NCBI GenBank assembly: GCA_009103225.1 | Contig: RHPI01003079.1 | Coordinates: 28,377-92,376 of the forward strand | Source: Chlorokybus atmophyticus | Taxonomy: Eukaryota > Plantae > Mesostigma and Chlorokybus algae | Length of the DNA stretch: 64,000 bases | Direction of reading: 5' to 3' | Shown: positions 47,637 through 60,519 of the stretch, one piece after another | How the letters are laid out: each line of letters begins with the position of its first letter | How positions within the stretch are numbered: position 1 is the stretch's first letter | Made by a program: the position numbers and the translations under genes | The notes under the pieces: generated by a model | Seen by the model: only the letters and a program-made list of their open reading frames with translations | Database searches by the model: none | What the model was told of the DNA's origin: nothing

Positions 47637-50600
47637 CCAGCACCAACGACGCCACAGGCGCCCGACATGAGTTGGGCCCTACAGCTGCACCTTCAGGTGT
47701 GGCCACCATGTTCGCTGTCGCTGCGCTACGCTCAGGACGCAGGACTCAGATCGCTGAGGCAGCAGCAGATGGGGACATGCCCGCTCTCGAGCCCGCCATC
47801 ACCACCACAGATCCTTTATCAGAAGAAGCAATCGCTGCCGACCCTGAGGTGGATGATGAGGAGCTGGCACCCACCGACACACGACAAGACATCTGGCTGG
47901 ACGAGCCATCCCTCGCACTGCTTCAGACTGGACAACTTCCAGCAGGCATGAGCGCACGCGAGAAGGACCGCGTCCGGCAACGCACTCAGCGCTACCGCTG
48001 GGCCAACGACAGGCTGTATCAACGGATACAAGATGCAGATCAGGAGGTCCCCACACCAGCTGCACGTGAAGGCATCATCTCCTCCCTTCACACCGAGCTC
48101 GGGCACTTCGGTGTCAAGCGCACGGTCAGCCTGGTCAGGACCCAGTACTGGTGGTATGGGGTGCACAGACAGGTGCGGGAGTTCGTCAGCAACTGTCAGC
48201 AGTGTGACATGGTTCGCGCCAGCCTCAACACGCGCAATGCCACCTTGCATCCCCTTCCCATTTCCGGGTTGTTCTACCGCTGGGGACTGGACATCTTCGG
48301 AGACCTAGCGCCCTCAGCGCGAGGCAACCGCTACATCCTCGTTATGATCGAGCACTTCTCCAAGTGGGTGGAGCTGGTGCCCCTGCCCGACAAGAGCAGT
48401 GAGGGAGTAGCCCAGGCTTTCCTCTCCCATGTACTCGGACGCTTCGGCAGCTGCGCTGAAGTCATCACCGACCAGGGTACGGAGTTCAGAGGAGCCTTCG
48501 ACAAGCTTATCGACAGATGCTTCATCGACCACCGTCGCACCTCACGCGACCACCCGCAGGCCGACGGCCTCGCCGAGCGTACCGTGCAGACCATCAAGAA
48601 GGCACTGCGCAAGTACGTCCTCGCCTACGGGAAGAATACCTGGGATGATCACCTCCCATGGGTAGCAATGGGCTACCGGCTGTCCAAGCAGGCAGCCATG
48701 CGAGAGTACAGTCCATACTATCTACTGTTCGGAAGGCAGCCATTGCTCCCTTTCCGCGCGCAGCAGGAGGTCGACAGAGTGGTGGACAATCTCGACAACC
48801 CCGACGAGATGTTGTATGATCTGACAGTGCGCAGTGCACTGTTCGAACACACAGTCCCCATGGCCTTCAACAACCTGCGCATCGCGCAGCACCGCGACAC
48901 GCTGCGTTACGAGCGTGTGCGCAGTGGTTTCTACAAGGAGCGGGAGCGCCGCTTCGAGTCAGGAGACTTCGTCTACCGTATGGCGTCTACACGCGACACC
49001 CTCGATACCTCCGTCGGGCGTGCTGTCTACAAGGTATTGAAGGTGCACCCCACAGGGGTACTGGACCTGTTGGGACAACGAGGCGAGCGCATGAAGGACA
49101 ACATGGTCAACTGTGCGCCCTGTCATCTCCCCTACATTGTTGGCTTCACCAAGATCCAGCACCCGCGTCCGCTGCGCAGCACCCGATGCGAGAAGTGTGG
49201 CAGCGCCGACGACGACCCATTGATGATGTTATGCGACGGCTGTAATCAAGGCATGCACTGCTACTGCCTTGACCCTCCACTGGACGCAGTACCCTTGTGG
49301 GAGTACTGGTGCGATGACTGCCGCATCAACGGTCCCCCACACAGTCGGTAGGAACTGAGTTCTGGAGCAGAGGGCTACCCCCAGAATCTCAGGGGGGGTG
49401 GCTTGTTGACTGTGTGCACTACGACACAGTCTGTACACAAAGGTGGCGAGCGGCATCGGCTCGTCCACTGAACTGCACTGAACCCCGCGTAGGCTCATCT
49501 TCAAGCCTATGCCCACAATCGGGGGGTTGTCTTTTGCTTGCATGACTCCAATGCAATGCACGGCACTAGCATGCGTGCAGCACTAGCACTCCTCCGCAGC
49601 CTGTCCGAGACAAGGTTGCCCTCGACCATGGCAGGCACGACAGCTGTCATGCCATCTACCCTCGCATGCCAGTCCTTCTCGAGCATGCCTACACCCAGCC
49701 CCACGCCCGGGCTACCAGCATGAAGACCGCGCGAGCCCCAGCCTACTGCTAGCTACTGTACCGCTCATGTAGCATGTAGCTAGGGCTACTTTATAGACCT
49801 GTCTGTAGGGACCGCGCGTAGCTGATCAGTTGTAAGTCTGTTAAGAACACATGTGCTATATCGAGTCTTAGGAGATTTCCGAAATAGCATGAGGCCTCGA
49901 TGTGACCGTTGGCCTAGTGCCCGCGTGGCACTGCACAGTCATGATTTGACATGTATAAGTAGGAAGTCACGTCACCAGACTGGCTGGTGACACTATAAGT
50001 GAGTACTGGGAGTACTGGGAGTACTAAGAAGTAAAGACTCTGTTTCTAAAGAGCTTGTGAAGCGACTTGAACTGGAAGCACGCTGCCCCGGTTGCCAAGA
50101 ATTCCCTTACTGCGTGAGACACGGTGCATGCTCTTGTGCGCTGTGCCTGTCATTGTTGTGAGCTTGGCGGTGGTGTGTTGTCTCAATAGTCAGGGTGTTG
50201 TATCCACGTGTTGCACACTCATTCACCTCACTTAACAGTGTATCATTCTATCCACTCATGCAAAGAACTGTGTCCACTGCACTACCTATCGTAGTGGCTT
50301 GTTGACTGTGTGCACTACGACACAGTCTGTACACAAAGGTGGCGAGCGGCATCGGCTCGTCCACTGCACTGAACCCCGCGTAGGCTCATCTTCAAGCCTA
50401 TGCCCACGATTGGGGGGTTGTCTTTTGCTTATATGACTCCAATGCAATGCACGGCACTAGCATGCGTGCAGCACTAGCACTCCTCCGCAGCCTGTCCGAG
50501 ACAAGGTTGCCCTCGACCATGGCAGGCACGACAACCCTTCCCACAACTCTTTGCAATGTGACCTTGCTCGCCGCACGACCAGCATTTGGCACCCGACACA

Positions 50601-52850
50601 CCTTCCACACTCGCGTTGTTGGCGTGCTTGAGCTGCCCGGACTTGCCACCAGCTGCCTTGCTCGCTGCTACGGGCTTGGAAGAGCTCTTCTCCTCCGACG
50701 CTTCAATTTCAACCCACGACGCTGCCGGTCGATGTTCTTGAGTTACTCATGCTGAATCTCGGCCGTCTCGGCCACCTTGAACACATCCGCAAGCGTGTAC
50801 GTACCAAACTCTGACTGAGTGGTCAACATGGTCTCCACCTTCAGCCTCAAGTCCCCCTCAAGTTGTTGAAGGTACACCACCGCCGCGGTCTGATCCGTCA
50901 TCACCTTGTAGTCCGTGTCTGTCAAGAGCTTGAGCATACGCGTGTACATCATCCTAGCCGTCTCACCGGTGTGGCGCGTGAAATAGCTCAGCTCGCAAAC
51001 CTTGGCAGGGTTGATTGTGGGTAAGTCTTCCTCAGAAGCGCCTTAAATTCAGTCACCCGCGGCTCCTTCTTCCACTCCGCCTTTAACTCAGCCGGTGCAC
51101 CCACGTGCAACGCCCTCTCTCGCATCTCCAGCTGCTCTTTAAACTCTCTCAACGTGCTCGAGGTTTCATCCTTAAGGTATAGAGGCAGCATCTTGAAGGC
51201 CTTGTGCTCGTCCCACCCCGACTTGTCGCGGTACTCCCATTTTACCATCTCGGAGTCGAAGCGGTCGATGAAGTCGCGTAGGTCCGCCGTGCCGGGCCTC
51301 CCACTGAACTTCGGTGTGCTATCCATGGCTGAAGCTGAGTCAAACATCACCCCACCCTCGTCTTCGAAGTCGGACTCCTCGTCACTCGAAGACTCCACCT
51401 CTTTAGCGACGCCCTCCACCACCGGAGTGATCGCCCTTCTCGGCGCTCTTCTCTGTAAAGCCGCCTACGTGGGTCTTTCGTGCCAGTCCTCACCAGACCG
51501 TAGGGGCATGAACATGCCTGCTCCTCACTTCAACTCGAGCAAACTCAGCTGATGGGTTGAATGCAAGTGAAAGATGCGTGTCTCCTTGCAAAAGGAAGGC
51601 AAGATGACCCCAACTTGACTTGCAATCAGCCGTTTGCTCATGAAGCTCAGTCCGCACCCATGCTAAGGCAGCTCATACGGTGCATCAAGATCGCTACAAT
51701 AATTCACACTCCTTCATGCAAGGCAACCAAGCAAGGCACACGCGCGCACACACGCAAGCATGCACACACGCATACACTCAGCCAAGAACCTCTTCCCGAA
51801 GGCTTTGCTTGCACTCCAGTGAGCCAACTTGCATTCAACCAACTGTAACACAAGCTAGCTAAGGCTTATATACCACCGTTGAGTCCATGCCCAACCAACT
51901 CCTAACCAACTCTTCAACTTCCAATGACTTACAGGCTGCACCAGCTACATAACAGTCATTATGAGGCCAATAAATGGTAGTAAATGGATAGCAATGGCTC
52001 CCCAAAGCTTATCCTCTTCAAGTACACTCCAAGACGCATCTTTTGAGTCCATCCCCACGCCAAACCACCACTCCAACCGTCAGTTACATCTGTTGCAAGT
52101 CATGACTCCAAAACAGCTGCGCGGGATACCATACTAACTCGATTACGCCGAGAACTCTGTATCTGGCTATGGATACGCCTCAAATACGCCTCCCACTCGT
52201 AAAGCACGACCCAAACTCGAGTCCCAAGTGAAAACCTAACATGAAGAGCCTCTATAATGGCTCAGGGCTCCAAAGTTATAGGGCCCCATGTATGCTGCCA
52301 GCCCCAAGGGCACCATGCACATGACACTATATGCTCGCGCATGACAACAGTCCAATGCATCTCAGACATGCAAGGTGGCAGCCGTTGAGCTGAGGAGAAT
52401 GGCTTGGTCACTTGACACGCTGTATCCTGCTATGCAAAAGGCAGTAGTGCGCCTCATGAGCTTGCATGGGAGTTCGTGCAGCCCGAAGCGTGCCAACTTA
52501 TTTTGGAGGTGGTTGTTTCGTGAGAGCAGGTCAAGCCGGGCATTTCACCGTGCGGAGAAGATGATTACAATCTGGAGCTTTTATGCCATCAGACAGCGTG
52601 AAGGCCTTGTGGACTATGCAGCACAAGACTCAGACTTATCGTGCATGCCGCTACCCGAGGATCGCGATGTTCCCCACGCCATGTATGATTCTGAAGTTGT
52701 GAACTTGATTGAGTAGCGTTATAGCAGCATGTCTACGAGCTGCTATAGCAATAGCCTTGATACATGTGCAACTTGTGCATGGTGACCAACGCATTGCGCA
52801 GGGCACACGCAATGGGGGTCGATTGGTGCAGTGGCATGTATTTATGTCAT
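47637..52850 (+). repeat. Third copy of D integrase-PHD + B-gc-A-B + host flank
   Basis: Starts after N at 47636; 50534-52850 repeats 45317-47635 at a 5217-bp offset. Confidence 0.85.
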
Positions 52851-53127
52851 GCAATATATAACGAATATGCCACTCAAGCTCTCCGCACCACATGCACCAC
52901 ATCACAGCACACTCTGCTTGATGCTATGAGCGCATGTGCTATACATGAGACCTTCCGCGACTTTAAGAAGTTTTGTATATCGAGTTTTGTATATCAAGGC
53001 TTTCTGGAAGCTCAATGATTAAATTAATTGTCATACATGCTGAGCTTAGTCAGTTCCCGAAAGGTTCCGGAACATTCCAAAACCTTTCGGAACGTTATGG
53101 TCAAAGTTACAAAAACGACCATGTCTA
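52347..53127 (+). mobile_element. hAT transposon 3' remnant (C-terminal dimerisation domain); also duplicated at 47130-47635
   Basis: YPAMQKAVVRLMSLHGSSCSPKRANLFWRWLFRESRSSRAFHRAEKMITIW resembles the hAT dimerisation consensus; possible end ...ACCATGTCTA at 53127 abutting gypsy RT ((L)MCIDY). Confidence 0.6.
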
Positions 53128-56100
53128 ATGTGCATTGACTACGGAGCGCTAACACCATTACAAAGAAGAACTGCTTTCCACTACCGCGTATTGACGAGTT
53201 GCTGGAGCAGCTACAAGGTATGCAGTACTTTACCACACTTGATCTTGCTGGAGGTTATCATCAGATCCGCATCGCACCAAAGGACGTGGAGAAGATAGCG
53301 TTCAACATGTGCTATGGACATTATGAGTGGTTTGTGATGTTGTTGGGCTTACGAACGCGCCAGCGACATTTTAAATGTTGATGAACTGCGTTTTTGCTGA
53401 CGTGCTGGGCAAGGGAGTCCTCATGCACCTCGACAACATTCAAGTGTACTCGAAGATAATGGACGAGCATACATGCTCGTCCTTCATCTTGCAACACGCG
53501 CCGTAGAAGACTCATATATATGAGTCTTCTACGGCGCGTGTTGCATCGTTTACGCGAGCACAAGTTGTACGTTCAACTACAGAAGTGCAAGTTTATGCTA
53601 CGCGAGGTGGCGTACCTGGGCCACATTGTGTCACATAAAGAGATCAAGCCGGACCCCAACAAAGTGCAAGTGGTGCGCGAATGGTCTGCCTCGACCAACG
53701 TGAAGGAGGTAATGTCGTTCTTGGGCCTTGCGGGATACTACCGCAAGTTGACCATGGGATTTTCGCGCATTGCGGCTCCTTTAACCACCCTACTTAAGAA
53801 AGAGAAGTCTTGGAGCTGGTCTATGAAGGAAGAGCATGCATTTGCTGCGTTAAAGAAGGCATTGACAGTGGCACCCGTCTTGGCTCACCCCGACATGGAC
53901 AAACCCTTCATTTTGGCCTGTGACGCATCCGATACAGCTATGGGAGCTGTGTTACAGCAAGACCAAGGCATGGGTCTTCAACCTGTAGCGTTCTTTAGTA
54001 AGAAACTGTGTGGAGCAGAGCTGAACTACTTTGTGTACGAGAAGGAGCTATTGGTGCAAGTGCACCAATAGTCCTTCTAGTGGTGGCGCTGCGACAATTG
54101 CAATGCTTTCTTGAGGGCAAAAGGTTCGTGCTGGAGACGGACCATTCCCCATTGAGGTACTTACAGACACAACCACCTCTGAGGTGGAGACAAGCGCGGT
54201 GGTTGGAGTTCTTTCAACTTCTTGATTTAAGATTTAAGAAGTACAAGCCCAGTACGTCTAGTAGTGTGGCCGACGCGCTAAGCCGGTTGAATGCGATTGA
54301 AGCACTCGCTCAAGTGCAACCGGAGTGGGCCGACCAGATCCGACAAGTGCTTTGCAAAGACACAGAGGGTAGGAGAGTCTTGCGGGACATGGAGAGCACA
54401 GCAACGGACACAAGTGGACATTGGACAAAGCAAGACGGTCTACTATGGCCGCTTGTACATCCCCAATAATGCACATATGCGTGTTCAACTTATTAAGGAA
54501 GATCATGACATACCCATTGCTGGCCATCAAGGAGTGGAGAGGACGTTGGCAAGCTTGAAACAACGCTTTTACTGGCAGGAGATCCAACGTGACGTACGCG
54601 ACAATGTGGCGTTGTGCGACGCATGTCAAAGGGTGAAAGCAAGCAACCAAAAGCCAGGTGGGTTGCTACAACCTCTTCTCATGCCATTCTCCAAGTGGGA
54701 GCAAGTTACTATGGACTCTATTACGGGGCTGAAGACAACAAAAGGGTACGACACAATACTCGTATTCGTAGACAAAGTCAGCAAATTGGTACGCTTGGCA
54801 CCGTGTTGTGAGTCTTGCACATGAAGTATGTCTTTCGTTCCCTTGGACTACGACAAAGCATTGTGAGCGATCGTGATCCCTGCTTCACAAGTGGTTTTCA
54901 GAGGCGCTGCATAGTGCACTGGGTACTACCTTAACGTTTAGCACGGCTTTCCACCCGCAAATTGATGGCCAAAAGGAGTGAGCCAACCGTGTGATTGAAG
55001 ATATATTGCGCTGCCTCGTGAATGCATGGCAAGACAATCGGGCGGAGTTGCTAAAAGTGGTGGAAATTGCCATTAACAACCACACTAATGCAAGCACGGA
55101 TGTCACCAGCTTTTTCATGAACTACGGCCGACACCCGCTGACACCGCTGACGGCGTGGACACCGCGACAAAGTGACATTGATGTGGAAGCAGTAAGCAAT
55201 GATCTGACAACATGTGCGGACATTAACAAGGCAGCGAGAGAGGCGTTATTGGTGGCAAAATAGGCAAAAACAGTACGCAGACGCGCATCGCCGATATGTC
55301 ACATTTCGAGAAGGCGATATGGTATTTTGCTTTCTGCGAGGAACTTACAGGTGCGTGCTGGAATTTGCAAATTAATTAAGTGCTGGCTTGGGTCATTCCA
55401 AGTAGTCAAATTGGTTTCGGACTTGGCGTACAAGTTGCAACTGCCCGACTGTATGCATATGCGTCCACCCTATCTTTCATATATCCCTGCTGAAATCATA
55501 TCGCGGAGAGCCACCATTGCGTTCACCGCCTGGGTTGGTTACGGAAGGTCATATGGAATACAAAGTGGAGGACATATTGGGTGAGAAGACGGTGCGCAAC
55601 ATGCGCAAATATTTGATGAAAAATGGAAAGGCTACCCGATGCATGAAGCCACTTGGGAACCGAAAAAGCACTTGGCAAATGCACACCATATCCTGCAACA
55701 GTATCTGCAACAACGAGCAGAGAATCCTCGAAAGCTTCGAGGACGAAGCTCACCTAGAAGGGGAGGAGTGTAACCGTCGAGGCCAAGTTTCATAATTTTA
55801 GGACCTTTTTTGGCCCATTTATCGAGCACCACGTTTTCATGACTTGTGGCATATATCGGCGAGTTATGAGTCTGCCGCGGATATCGACCGGGGCCCCAGG
55901 ACCAGTCCGGAAGGTGCCAAAAACCGGAGGGCCAGTCGAGATGAGCTCGACCAGATTTCTAAAAGGGCCTGGCGCCAAGTAGTATAACTTGACCATATGA
56001 GCACCTAATCAAGAGATCTTTGATGCGTAAGAAAGGTCTAGAAGTATACAGTATACAAGGTTCTGCAATGACATCTTAACATCTTGTTTTGTGTAGCACG

Positions 56101-56335
56101 GGGATCGTCTAGACAGTAGCATGTGCAGACTGGTAGGTATAAAAGCGACACTCTACAATGTGCAATACAGCCTTTAGCTCCCTAGTTTCTTGTGTGCAAG
56201 CCTGGTGGTGGTTAGCAGGGGTTGCTAGCGTGTGTCCACCGGTGCATGCTTGTGTGGCGATCCAAGGCGCTACACAAGTCGGTGTGTAGCTTCGAGCGCA
56301 TGTGCGTGCGTACGCGAGTGGCGGGGCGCGTGTGT
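53128..56335 (+). mobile_element. Decayed chromovirus (Ty3/gypsy): RT-RNaseH-IN-chromodomain, PPT and partial 3' LTR
   Basis: FPLPRIDELL, LDLAGGYHQIRI, LACDASDTAMGAVL, HQGVERT..CDAC; chromodomain YKVEDILGEK..YLMKWKGYPMHEATWEPKKHL across a frameshift (~55550-55710); PPT AGAAGGGGAGGAG 55756-55768; LTR TGTAAC from 55769. Confidence 0.9.
53461..53545. repeat. Inverted-duplication insertion giving a perfect 56-bp palindrome and a 10-bp hairpin
   Basis: 53490-53517 is the exact reverse complement of 53518-53545; 53461-53470 pairs with 53473-53482. Confidence 0.95.
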
Positions 56336-56399
56336 GTGCTTAGCAAAGGGGGCAAGGTTCCGGTGTAAATACCGTGTCCTGATGAGAGGGTTGTTGACT

Positions 56400-58426
56400 G
56401 GACCAACTCACAGGTGACAAGGCACGAGCACCGTCACATACTTAATCTCAAAATCAAACAGTTGAAAGAACTCAAACCACGCTTGTCTTTGGCTCAGATG
56501 TGGTTGTGTCTGTAAGTACCTCAATGGGGAATGGTCCGTATCCTGCACGAACTTTTCGCCCTCAAAAAAGCATCGCCATTGTCGCAGCGCCATCACTTGC
56601 GCCAATAGCTCCTTCTCGCTTGCATAACTTACCACCATGGGCGTGTTCATAGCCACCTCCGATTTCTTCCTTGGTTGCGATGTCACAATCTTCATTTGTG
56701 CGTGAGGCTCCCCCTCATCCACAGCAGTAGCCTCCTTACCTACTGGGGGGAGTCATTTCCCTGATCCTCCACGCCATCTTCCTCCATTACGTTGATGCGT
56801 CGTGCGCGATATGTGTTGCCACCTGATGCAGAAACTTGCTTGCGCCGCTTTGAGCAATTGAAGGCTAAATGTTCTGTCAAACCGCACATATAACACTTGC
56901 GCATGCTGCTACATGCCTCACCACACGTCCACCGTGCTTTGCCACGCCCTTACGCGTGTGTACGGCACCCACCTTCATTGGTTGATGGTCCGAAATACGC
57001 TCCACCTTCCTTTGCTGTGAACTTGGTTCCCTTCGTGTCCATGCATGTTGAAAGTTTCCCCTAGGCTGATCACCACGCTTTTGCTTGCTTCCACGCCTCT
57101 AGTCAGCGTTTGTTGCGAAAGACTTAAAGTACAACGCGTCAAGACGCTTCGCGATGCGTATAGTTTCCGCCAAAGTTTTAGGGTTTCGTAGCTCCACTTT
57201 TTGTGTCCCAAAGGTTTCAAACCACGTGTGTACGTGTCCAACTGCTCTTTCTCGGTCATGTTGAATATGGATGTTACCGAACGTTGAAACGTAGCCGTGT
57301 ACGCCGTCACCGACCCCGTTTGCACAACGGCTGCAATTTTATCACGTGCGGCCTTTACACTCCACGGGAACAAGCTGATGCCTGATCTCCAGAGCCAACG
57401 CTTCCATGATGGTCAGTGGTAGCGCCAACCCACTTGCAACACGCGTACAACGATGTCTCCACCATACAAGTGCTGCACCTTCAAGTAATGTCGCTGCAAC
57501 CTCCACGTGCAGATGCGTGGGCACCTCCGTGAGCTTCAACCAAGACGATACTTGAAAAACCCATTCGCCTATTGCATCTCCATCACGTTGACCTTTAAAT
57601 GGCTTGGGCTTTGGCACCTTCACATGCACGCGCGAGCTTGATGCCATGGGAACTTGTACACGCGCCATTGCATGCTCATACGCCTCGCGTTGTGCTTGTG
57701 CCGCCAATTGAGTGTGATGAAGCTCTTCCCTCAATGCTAAGATGGCAGCTTGAAGCTCTTCCATGCGAGCATTCTCCATCTCCACTAACACACTACACTC
57801 CACTTCCGAATGAAAAGTGTTAACGCCCACTCACTTCCTCTCCCACCATCGTAAACCGTGTACACGCGCGCCCCACCACTCGCGTACGCACGCGCGTGTG
57901 CTCGAAGCTACACACCGACTTGTGTAGCGCCTTGGATCGTCACACAAGCAAGCACACCAGTGGACACACGCTAGCAACCCCTGCTAACCACCACCAAGCG
58001 TGCACACCAAAAACTAGGGAGCTAAAGGTTGTATTGCACATTGTAGAATGTCGCTTTTATACCTACCAGTCTGCACATGCTACTGTCTAGACGATTCCCG
58101 TGCTACGCAAAACTAGATGTTAAGATGTCATTGCGGAACCTTGCAGTATACTTCTAGACCTTTCCTTATGCATTAATGATCTCTTGATTAGGTGCTCATA
58201 TGGTCAAGTCATACTACTTGGCGCCAGGCCCTTCCAGAAATCTGGTCGAGCCCTCTTCAACTGGCCCTCCGTTTTCTGGCACCTTCCGGACTGGTCCTGG
58301 GGCCCAGTCGATATCCGCGGCAGACTCATAACTCGCCGATATCTGCCACAAGTCATGAAAACGTGGTGCTCAATAAACGGGCCCAAAAAGGTCCTAAAAT
58401 TACGAAACTTGGCCTCGATTGTTACA
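56400..58426 (-). mobile_element. Second, deleted copy of the chromovirus family: 5' LTR (58426-57818), gag, RNase H piece
   Basis: LTR TGTAAC...GTTAACA matches 55769 onward; gag KPKPFKGQRDGDAIGEW...LLEGAALVWW; RNase H EKELLA...TDHSPLRYL. Confidence 0.85.
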
Positions 58427-59455
58427 CAGATGTCGAGCAAGACGGATGCCCAAGCTCGCCCTGCTTGCTGTCTGCGTTGCACTTATTGAGTGACATGAAG
58501 TGCTGGTGGAGGGGCTGCCCAAACCTCCGGTAGTACTGCAAGTTGAGATTCAGACAAGCTAGTACACATGCACATGGATCTAGTGTAAGCACTAAGACAC
58601 ACATGCACAGCAATTGCCTCACATGAGCATACACGCACTACATTGTATCACCTGCAAGCTTAGATTATCATGAGTTCACGGGCTTTTGCACCCCGTCAGT
58701 CTCTACACACGTTTGCTCTGGCAAGCACCACGTAAGCTATACTTAGCTAACGCGGTGCTGCAAGTCTTGCCACATAGCTAGCTTCACACTTTTCAACAAG
58801 CTATGCCGCGCGCCATACACTCAACTACATACGGAGTTCTTGCCATCCTTCAAGAGCTCTGGGCTGCGCCAGCCTGCGCCAAGTTCGGTGTCTTCGGGCT
58901 TGCTCACACTCCGCGCCACACACTGTTTGTAAGTTTGCCACTGGACTCGCAACTGCTCGATGTCAGTCCTTACACCATGACCACCAGTACAATAAGGACT
59001 CAGCCATTTCAAGCTGACCGAACTTGTCCATGATATGCACTCAACAGTGCAATCATGCAAGCCAACTTCTAACATTATAGAGGGTGTCGCAACATCAGTG
59101 GCAGTAATTGTTGTGGCGCTTGCATCAGTTGTTGTGATTGAGGTCGCCGCAATGAGTGTGGCAGCAGTCATGGCCGGTGTCGTGGCTTCAGTGGAAGCAG
59201 GGGTGATGTCTCCGCCACCCATGGGCTCGGCGACCATGGCTGCGGTGGTGTCGGTGCTTTCCATCACTGGGGACAACATGGTGCAAAGTGTACCTGCACC
59301 TGCTGCAATGGTTGGTGTGGATGCCGACGGTGTCATCGATGGCGTCGTCCCAACAGTGGTTGTGGCTGCCGAGGCAGCACCACTTGTGGCTTCCGATAAT
59401 GCCGTTGTTGATGATTCGTAAGCGTCTATGCGTGCACGTCTTGTCGGCTGCATAC

Positions 59456-60425
59456 TGTTGAGATGGACAATGACAAGCATACACATGCACAAGTGCACGC
59501 CACAACACCAGCGTCAGGAGGCCATACAAGACCATCTATTGCCATCATGTCCATGGATGTTATACCCGCCAGCTACACATGCTTCTACTATATAAGCTAC
59601 TGCATTTATCACAATCAACTATAACATGCGCTCTAAGTTGCTCCACGTAGCTAGCTTTGAGAGCTTTTCAACAAGCTATGGCACACGCCAATAGTCAAGT
59701 AACCACCGAGATACATTTATTCTACTACAGCGCCGAGAGGTCTCCAGATTCCGGACTCATCGATGCGCCTGGAACCTTTCTTGCGCCTAGGATTCTCGAC
59801 TTGAGTCCCCCGGAATCTTCGAGCGGCTATTCCTATGCAGAGGCCAAGCTGACCGGCTGACCTAGATGTAGGAATATCTTTAACACTCCTTCACGGGCAG
59901 CTTGGCCTTTACACCTTCGCCTTTGTAGATCATGTACCGCTAGCTCTTATGCTAGCCTTACTCCTCTTGTGCGCGATTGCCACGCCTTTCACCTTCTCTT
60001 CTTACTTCACCTCTTCCACCATGCTTCCCATATGCGCGTAAAATTGGTTCGCCTTGAAGTACTTGTCCTACTCAACAACTGGAGCCTCTCGGTTGACCTT
60101 CAACCCCTTGCTCTTTTGCTGCACATGCTTGCTGCCGCCTTGCGCCTGCTGCACCTCTCTTTCTGAGGTAGCAACTCCACCTTTAATGAAAGCTCTTGGC
60201 TCTTCCATAGCCACCTTGCTTTCCACCACTTGCTTGTAGCTCCTTGCAGCTCCCACGGGCTCCGAGCTCATCCGCTTTACAACAACCTTCAGTGCCTCCT
60301 TGTTCCCTTGACCTTGTGGTGTTTTAAATGCTCCCTTCTCAACCACCTTTGTCGCTGCAACATCCTTGTGCGTCTTGTCCTCCTCAACATAGTAGAGCCC
60401 GCCCTTGTTGCCTACCACATGTGTG

Positions 60426-60519
<94 letters not shown>

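Noticed and set aside
41479-50533. A tandem multi-integrase/PHD operon-like system
   Set aside because: Copies begin mid-domain at single-N joins and share the same flank; best explained as duplication or assembly redundancy.
53128-58426. One chromovirus split by an inversion
   Set aside because: Both halves contain their own diverged copy of the same RNase H segment, so they are two copies.
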